Source: an uncultured Verrucomicrobiae bacterium (GTDB taxonomy: Bacteria > Verrucomicrobiota > Verrucomicrobiia > Chthoniobacterales > UBA10450). From it: 64,000 nt of DNA. Made by a program: the position numbers and the translations under genes. Where the stretch lies: the NCBI GenBank assembly GCA_963754325.1, contig CAVWFP010000002.1, positions 970,521-1,034,520 on the forward strand, read 5' to 3'. The notes beneath the pieces were generated by a model, which made no database searches, was not told where the DNA came from, and worked only from the letters and a program-made list of their open reading frames with translations. This document shows, piece by piece, positions 58,617 to 64,000 of this stretch. Position 1 is the first letter of the stretch; every line of letters begins with the position of its first letter.

Positions 58617-59770
58617 GGGCGTTGGTCTATAGGGATGACTTTCTTGCCGACTGGCTCGCCAACGTATTCGCTCAGAGGCCGGAACAGGCGGTTGTCCTCC
58701 AATTGCTCAAGAATATGGGCGCACCACCCGGAAGTGCGTGCAATCGCGAAGACCGGCGTAAAAAGATCGGTCGGAATTCCTAACGAGTAATAAACCGTTG
58801 CCGAATAGAAATCGACGTTGGCATTCAGGTTCTTCTTTTCCTTCATGATCTCGGCGATCCGCTCGCTCATCTTGATCCATTTCGGCTCGCCGAGTTTTTC
58901 GCTCAACTTGATCGCCATGTCGCGCAGGTGCGGCGCGCGCGGGTCGAGCGTCCTGTAAACCCGATGCCCGATGCCCATGATTTTCTTTTTCTGCGCCAGC
59001 TGATCATCGATGTAGCGATCGACATTTTCTATATCGCCGATTTTCTCGAGCATGTGAATGACACCTTCATTCGCGCCGCCGTGGAGTGGGCCTTTTAACG
59101 TTCCGATCGCCGAAGTGACCGCTGAGTACATGTCGGTCAAAGTCGAGATAGTCACACGCGCGCTAAAGGTGGATGCGTTTGTGCCGTGATCGGCATGCAA
59201 GACAAACGCCAGATCGAGAGTCTTGGCCGCTTCCGCTGTCGGCTCATGGCCCGACATAAGATAAAGAAAATGCGCCGCTTCGCCCAAATCTTCGCGGATC
59301 GGGGGCAGCGGCAAACTCTTGCGCGCCCGGTGAAAATACGCCGCGATCACGCCGATTTTCGCGGTGATGCTCCGGGCGCGCTGGCGGTTGATCTCAAGAG
59401 TGGCTTCACGATGGATGTCAGGATCGTAGAGCCCAAGCATCGAGACCGCCGTGCGCATTACATCCATGGGCAGGGCGTTCTTCGGGGCAGTTTTCAAAAA
59501 CTCGACAACTGCGTCCGGCAAACGCCGCAGAGATCGCAAAGTATTCGCGCAGGAAGTCAGCTCCTCGCGATTCGGCAGCCGGTTATTCCAAAGCAGAAAA
59601 ACCACTTCTTCATAACTGACCCGGCCGGCGAGCTCGTTGATATTGTAGCCGGCGTAGATGAGCTGGCCTTTGTCGCCAATGACGTCGCTCAACCGCGTGC
59701 TGTTCGCGACGATGCCTTCGAGTCCGCGTGAAACCATGGTTTGGGGTTGCCGCTGCTGCGGCCAAGCCAC
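58613..59770 (-). CDS. gltA: citrate synthase
   Basis: 385 aa. GPLHGGANE and MGIGHRVY motifs. An alternative ATG is at 59737. Confidence 0.9.
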   Translation of the reverse strand: MAWPQQRQPQTMVSRGLEGIVANSTRLSDVIGDKGQLIYAGYNINELAGRVSYEEVVFLLWNNRLPNREELTSCANTLRSLRRLPDAVVEFLKTAPKNALPMDVMRTAVSMLGLYDPDIHREATLEINRQRARSITAKIGVIAAYFHRARKSLPLPPIREDLGEAAHFLYLMSGHEPTAEAAKTLDLAFVLHADHGTNASTFSARVTISTLTDMYSAVTSAIGTLKGPLHGGANEGVIHMLEKIGDIENVDRYIDDQLAQKKKIMGIGHRVYRTLDPRAPHLRDMAIKLSEKLGEPKWIKMSERIAEIMKEKKNLNANVDFYSATVYYSLGIPTDLFTPVFAIARTSGWCAHILEQLEDNRLFRPLSEYVGEPVGKKVIPIDQRP

Positions 59771-60012
59771 TTACATCTGAGCCGCGACCGGTTCAACCGC
59801 GAAGTTAATCAACGCGCCGAAAGCAGTTCCTTTCACATCCTCGTTCTATCCGATCGCCTCTCGAATCGCTCGCTCCAACGCGTCGATATCGCTCCCGGAA
59901 ACTTCAGTGACCTCCGAAATTCTCGCCAACCGCACCAGGTGGTGGCAATGACCGACGCTCCCGCGCCCGCTACCTCGAGCGAGCGCCACGGCCAGGGTTC
60001 AACACTGCAAAA

Positions 60013-60891
60013 TCAATTCCGCCGCATTCGGGCGATCAACGTGTCTGCCATGGTCGCGGGTGTGTCCGCCACCGCGATACCGGCCGCTTTGAGGGCGTCG
60101 ATTTTCCCCGCGGCCGTCCCCTTCCCTCCGGAAACGATTGCGCCCGCATGCCCCATTCGGCGTCCAGGCGGCGCCGTCACTCCCGCGATAAATGCGGCCA
60201 CCGGTTTACGGCAATTGTCCTTGATCCATGCAGCCGCTTCTTCTTCGGCGGTGCCGCCGATCTCGCCGATGAGAATCATGGAATCGGTCTCGGGATCGTC
60301 ATTAAACAGCTTCACGGCATCGAGATGAGACATTCCGTTGATGGGATCGCCGCCAATGCCGATGCAGGTCGATTGCCCGAGGCCGCGCGACGTTAATTGC
60401 CAGACAGCTTCGTAGGTCAAAGTGCCGGACCGCGAAATCACTCCGACCTTGCCCGGCTTATGGATATATCCCGGCATGATTCCAATCTTGCAGGCGCCGG
60501 GGGTGATGATTCCCGGGCAGTTAGGGCCGATGAGGCGCGACGACTTGCCTTTCATAAGCGCTTTAACGCGCATCATGTCCATCACCGGGATCCCTTCGGT
60601 GATGCAAATGACCAGCTCAACGCCGGCATCGACCGCCTCGAGAATGGAATCCGCCGCGCCGGCAGCGGGAACAAAGATGACCGAAACGTTGCAACCGGTT
60701 TCCTTTCGCGCCTCCCAAACCGTGTCAAAGACCGGGACAGTGTCATCAAACTTCAGGCCGCCTTTCCCCGGGGTCACTCCGGCGACAACGTTCGTTCCGT
60801 AGGCCATGCATTGACGCGCGTGAAAACCGCCGGCGCTGCCGGTAATACCTTGAACGACGAGGCGGGTGTTTTTATCAACGAGGACGGACAT
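60013..60891 (-). CDS. sucD: succinyl-CoA ligase subunit alpha
   Basis: 292 aa. [18 protein letters not shown], and GHAGAI with the phosphohistidine. Confidence 0.95.
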   Translation of the reverse strand: MSVLVDKNTRLVVQGITGSAGGFHARQCMAYGTNVVAGVTPGKGGLKFDDTVPVFDTVWEARKETGCNVSVIFVPAAGAADSILEAVDAGVELVICITEGIPVMDMMRVKALMKGKSSRLIGPNCPGIITPGACKIGIMPGYIHKPGKVGVISRSGTLTYEAVWQLTSRGLGQSTCIGIGGDPINGMSHLDAVKLFNDDPETDSMILIGEIGGTAEEEAAAWIKDNCRKPVAAFIAGVTAPPGRRMGHAGAIVSGGKGTAAGKIDALKAAGIAVADTPATMADTLIARMRRN

Positions 60892-60983
60892 GAGGATAGC
60901 TACGGTTGAAACGTTGAAAGCATGAAGGGTTGCAAAGGACCTCGGTTATTTATCTTCATCTAGCTCTTCAACTGTTCAATCCT

Positions 60984-61337
60984 TCAACTCTTTCTTTGGT
61001 GGATCACCAGCTTGTTTCCGGAAGGATCGCGAAACTGGGCCATGAAACAAACTGGCGTTTCAGTCTTGTCCATATCGAACGCCACGCCTTTGTCTTTCAA
61101 ACGTTGCAGTTCGGCCTCGATATCCTCAACTTCGAACGCCACGGTCGTTCCGTCGCGCGAAGGCTTCCAGGCTGGATGACAACCCACTCCGATGGTTGTG
61201 CCGCCGACTTCGTACTCCACCCATGCACCCTCCATGGCACTTGAAGATGGCTTTAAACCAAGGGTTTCCTGATAGAATTTGCGGGATTCTTCCGCATCGG
61301 CGACGGCAATTGCGACGAAAGCAACTTCTTTGATCAT
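60984..61337 (-). CDS. VOC/glyoxalase-family protein
   Basis: 117 aa. Paired beta-alpha-beta-beta-beta pattern, with FYQETLGL and DPSGNKLVI typical of VOC proteins. Confidence 0.65.
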   Translation of the reverse strand: MIKEVAFVAIAVADAEESRKFYQETLGLKPSSSAMEGAWVEYEVGGTTIGVGCHPAWKPSRDGTTVAFEVEDIEAELQRLKDKGVAFDMDKTETPVCFMAQFRDPSGNKLVIHQRKS

Positions 61338-61367
61338 AATCGTAACTTGTTAGGGGGGTTCAACTCC

Positions 61368-62741
61368 TCAACTCCTACTTCCACCTTTCGCGGACTCGTG
61401 TTCCTTGAACCAGTCGGTCAGGATCCGCAGCACCGCGGGGTCGAACGGCTGTTCTTTGCTGTGAAAAGCGTCTTCCATACTTCCGTAATGTTGAAACGTG
61501 TGTCCGGTTGACGGCAGCTCCTTGAAGTGAGCCAGCCCGGCCCTGTTCATGTTAACATAACCAGCCATAAGTTCGCAGTCTTCGCGACTCATGATCCAGT
61601 CGTATTGGCCGTGCAGAACCAGCGTCGGCACTTTCACCCGTGACCATGCTGACGCCAGATTCAATTTTTGAAGTTGCTCGTAGAAAGAGAGCGGCCGGCC
61701 ATAAAGATGACTTCGATCCGGTCCCTCCGGCCAGATTTCCCCCAGGGTTGACCGTTCGCGCACGATGTCTTCCACGGTTCGACCTTTGATGAGCCACTCC
61801 GGGTAAAGAGTTTCAGCGCCTTTCATTCGGTCGGAAATATCTCCGGGTGACTTCCCCAAAAGCGTGAAGCGACGCCGCTCGATCTCAAACATATGCTCGA
61901 GCCACGTCTTCACCCAGCCGCCTACGGACACGTAACCACGGATTCGCGCTTCTTCGGCTTCAGTTTCCGGCACCAGCGGCGCAATTCCGCCGCCGTTGCT
62001 GATTCCGAGCACATAAACTCGGTCCGGATCGATGAAATCGTAATTGCGAACGGCGCGGAAAGCGGCCCGATAACCAGCCAGCTCGGTTTCGAAATCGGTC
62101 TCAGCGCAATTCCCCTGGCTATCCCCCACTCCGGGTTTGTCGACCCGCATGAGAGCGAATCCTCCCATTTCGGCGAGTCCGCGAAAGACGAGTGACGTTG
62201 AGTCGGTCGCTCCATCCGGTGCTTCAACGGTGTCGGCGCTGAGCCAGCCGACCACCAGAATCACCGGCACTTTGCCCTCAACATTGTGCGGCTTCGTTAG
62301 GATCGTTCGCAGTTTTTGCCCTTTTGCCCCGACGACGCTGTCGTAGATGACGTCCGCATTCGCGTATTTCTCGCGCGGCATCTCCGGCAGAATCCCGGTG
62401 AGCAAGCGCGACTGCCCGCCGCGAGAAATGTCGACGGTCACGCGTTGACCGGCGCGAAGGCCTCTGCCGATCTCGGCCAGGTCGGCTCGACTGGCGGGAA
62501 GATGTTTCTCTATATAGACAAGGTCGTCTCCGACCTCGACGTCGAGCGCTGCTCCCAGACTGCCGGGCGCGACGCTCGAGACAATCGATGTGCGCGGCAC
62601 GGGACCGGGCTTGGTCGGGTCGATATCGAGCCCGAGGAAGCCTCTTCGCGGAAGATCCTCTTCCGCAAATCCCAAATCCCAGGCTCCAAATCCCAGGGAA
62701 ATTCCAATAACCAAATAGAGAAGTCGCCTACGCATTTCCAT
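61368..62741 (-). CDS. alpha/beta hydrolase with an N-terminal PDZ-like domain
   Basis: 457 aa. GFLGLDI...GDDLVYI... is PDZ-like, followed by the nucleophile elbow GISNGG and a C-terminal ...GHTF. The first roughly 25 codons are encoded by the inverted-repeat arm. Confidence 0.6.
   Translation of the reverse strand: MEMRRRLLYLVIGISLGFGAWDLGFAEEDLPRRGFLGLDIDPTKPGPVPRTSIVSSVAPGSLGAALDVEVGDDLVYIEKHLPASRADLAEIGRGLRAGQRVTVDISRGGQSRLLTGILPEMPREKYANADVIYDSVVGAKGQKLRTILTKPHNVEGKVPVILVVGWLSADTVEAPDGATDSTSLVFRGLAEMGGFALMRVDKPGVGDSQGNCAETDFETELAGYRAAFRAVRNYDFIDPDRVYVLGISNGGGIAPLVPETEAEEARIRGYVSVGGWVKTWLEHMFEIERRRFTLLGKSPGDISDRMKGAETLYPEWLIKGRTVEDIVRERSTLGEIWPEGPDRSHLYGRPLSFYEQLQKLNLASAWSRVKVPTLVLHGQYDWIMSREDCELMAGYVNMNRAGLAHFKELPSTGHTFQHYGSMEDAFHSKEQPFDPAVLRILTDWFKEHESAKGGSRS
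62666..62691. repeat. left arm of a 26-bp perfect inverted repeat
   Basis: CAAATCCCAAATCCCAGGCTCCAAAT. Its exact reverse complement lies at 63149-63174. Confidence 0.9.
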
Positions 62742-63095
62742 CGCACTTCGAGATGATAGCCGAAAAGATCAACGTTAACTCACGCGCTTCCGTCGAGAGA
62801 TGGTCGCGGGCGGCGGGATTGTCGCCTCCATGCCCCGCATCCAATAGTCTGAGGAACAAGCGGCTCTCCTTCGCTTCTTTCCGACAAATCTTTAGACGCA
62901 TAAGAAAATCTTTTTTACTAAGAGCTTCGTCGGCCTCAATCCAGTTAGCGCCCCAGAGCCTGAGGCCCTAACAAGTTGACGGATATCCTCATCGTTCGGA
63001 ACATGTTGCGGCAACTGCTTGACAAAGCTGCGCACCGCCGCGGCAAACAGGAACGTCCGCTCCTTGAGCCTTTGCGGTTTCTCGCCGTTCTCCAT
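62728..63095 (-). pseudogene. four-helix-bundle protein gene (23S rRNA intervening-sequence protein family) with a -1 frameshift
   Basis: Track ORF 62892..63095 encodes MENGEKPQRLKERTFLFAAAVRSFVKQLPQ...QLVRASGSG. The family sequence continues in another frame (ANWIEADEALSKKDFLMRLKICRKEAKESRLFLRLL...) to the TAG at 62728. The break is at a G4 run (C4 on the plus strand, 62951-62954). Confidence 0.7.
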
Positions 63096-63139
63096 TTGTG
63101 ATTTGAGAGTTACCTGGGCTTGGGATTTGCCCTTGGCCT

Positions 63140-64000
63140 TTACTTGGAATTTGGAGCCTGGGATTTGGGATTTGTCGCGGCGGCTGCCGCCTCAACGACT
63201 TTTTTCGCAGCATCGCCGAGATCATCCGCCGTAATGACCGGCAGCCCCGATTCTGCGATTAGCTGTTTGCCCTCCTTCACGTTGGTTCCTTCAAGGCGGA
63301 CCACCAACGGGACGTCCAGTTGGACGGTTTTGGCGGCGTTGATGATCCCCTGGGCAATCACATCGCACTTCATGATCCCACCAAAGATGTTGACCAGGAT
63401 CGCCTGAACATTCTTGTCGGCGATCAGGATCTTGAAAGCAGAGGTCACCTGCTCTTCGGTCGCCCCGCCGCCGACATCGAGAAAATTCGCCGGACTGCCG
63501 CCATTGAATTTGATGATGTCCATGGTCGCCATCGCCAGGCCGGCGCCGTTAACCAGACAGGCGATGTTTCCATCGAGACCGATGTAATTGAGGCCGTACT
63601 TCGACGCCTCAACCTCGCGCGGATCTTCTTCGGCCGTGTCGCGCATGGCAGCGACTTCCGGGTGCCGATAAAGCGCGTTATCGTCGAAATTAAATTTGGC
63701 GTCGAGCGCGAGCACTTCGCCCTTCTTCGTCACCACCAGCGGGTTTACCTCGACCATCGAACAATCCAGCCCGATGAACGTCCGGAAGAGTCCATCGAAT
63801 AACTTGGCCGCGGCTTTGATTTGACCCGGCTCAAAGTTCAATTGCTTCGCGAGTTTTCGCGCTTGATAGGGCGCAAATCCGCCAAGCGGATCGATCGATT
63901 CCCGGATGATTTTCTCGGGCGACTTCTCGGCCACGGATTCGATCTCCACACCGCCCTCGGTGCTGGCAACAACCAGCGGTGCAGCTGTGGCGCGATCCAA
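63140..64000 (-). CDS. sucC: succinyl-CoA ligase subunit beta (the N-terminus lies beyond the window)
   Basis: 286 aa, partial. [24 protein letters not shown] and [10 protein letters not shown]. The last roughly 11 codons ([11 protein letters not shown]) are encoded by the right inverted-repeat arm. Confidence 0.9.
   Translation of the reverse strand: MDRATAAPLVVASTEGGVEIESVAEKSPEKIIRESIDPLGGFAPYQARKLAKQLNFEPGQIKAAAKLFDGLFRTFIGLDCSMVEVNPLVVTKKGEVLALDAKFNFDDNALYRHPEVAAMRDTAEEDPREVEASKYGLNYIGLDGNIACLVNGAGLAMATMDIIKFNGGSPANFLDVGGGATEEQVTSAFKILIADKNVQAILVNIFGGIMKCDVIAQGIINAAKTVQLDVPLVVRLEGTNVKEGKQLIAESGLPVITADDLGDAAKKVVEAAAAATNPKSQAPNSK
63149..63174. repeat. right arm of the 26-bp perfect inverted repeat
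   Basis: ATTTGGAGCCTGGGATTTGGGATTTG, the exact reverse complement of 62666-62691. Confidence 0.9.

Noticed and set aside
58155-58790. The 211-aa plus-strand ORF spanning the gltA 3' end and the lipoprotein gene.
   Set aside because: It is antisense to two better-supported ORFs (the citrate synthase C-terminus and a signal-peptide-bearing ORF) and has no recognisable motifs.

Overview
A 64 kb chromosomal segment from a G+C-rich, diderm-type bacterium. My guess is Verrucomicrobiota-like, based on gene content; this is inference only.

It is densely coded, with about 60 genes, mostly housekeeping:
- nuoBC
- phoH, a PgpH-like gene and a purine nucleoside phosphorylase
- an LPS-precursor block (hldA, gmhB, kdsB) followed by pyrG
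- purK/purE, purB, aroK, queG
- a MacAB-like efflux operon with two FtsX permeases
- accBC-thiE, gltA, and sucD/sucC
- one tRNA-Arg(ACG)

No rRNA, CRISPR array, transposase or integrase is visible. Many adjacent genes are joined by 4-nt start/stop overlaps (ATGA, GTGA, TTGA).

Features that ordinary annotation does not explain:
1. The non-palindromic octamer TCGTTAGG/CCTAACGA occurs 21 times. It lies in both orientations, in all reading frames and in intergenic DNA, and it forces rare codons where it falls inside genes.
2. Two small-gene cassettes flanked by inverted repeats sit exactly at gene junctions. One carries a frameshifted four-helix-bundle gene that splits sucC from sucD. The other carries a 5'-truncated GxxExxY gene between the two permease genes.
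3. A 74-bp hairpin-bearing unit is repeated about four times in tandem. A diverged single copy 6 kb away keeps the stem through compensatory changes.
4. Two tandem paralogous mini-ORFs encode Lys-rich, Gly-Gly, Pro-rich peptides next to the tRNA.
5. An orphan PafA/Dop-family gene lies convergent with a pair of HtrA-like genes. One of that pair lacks the catalytic His and Asp.
6. An REC-DUF4388-REC protein carries a long proline-rich linker and an unassigned C-terminal domain.
7. Two frameshifts fall at C/G homopolymers and may be assembly errors.

All functional calls rest on motifs I recognise in the translations. No database search was run.
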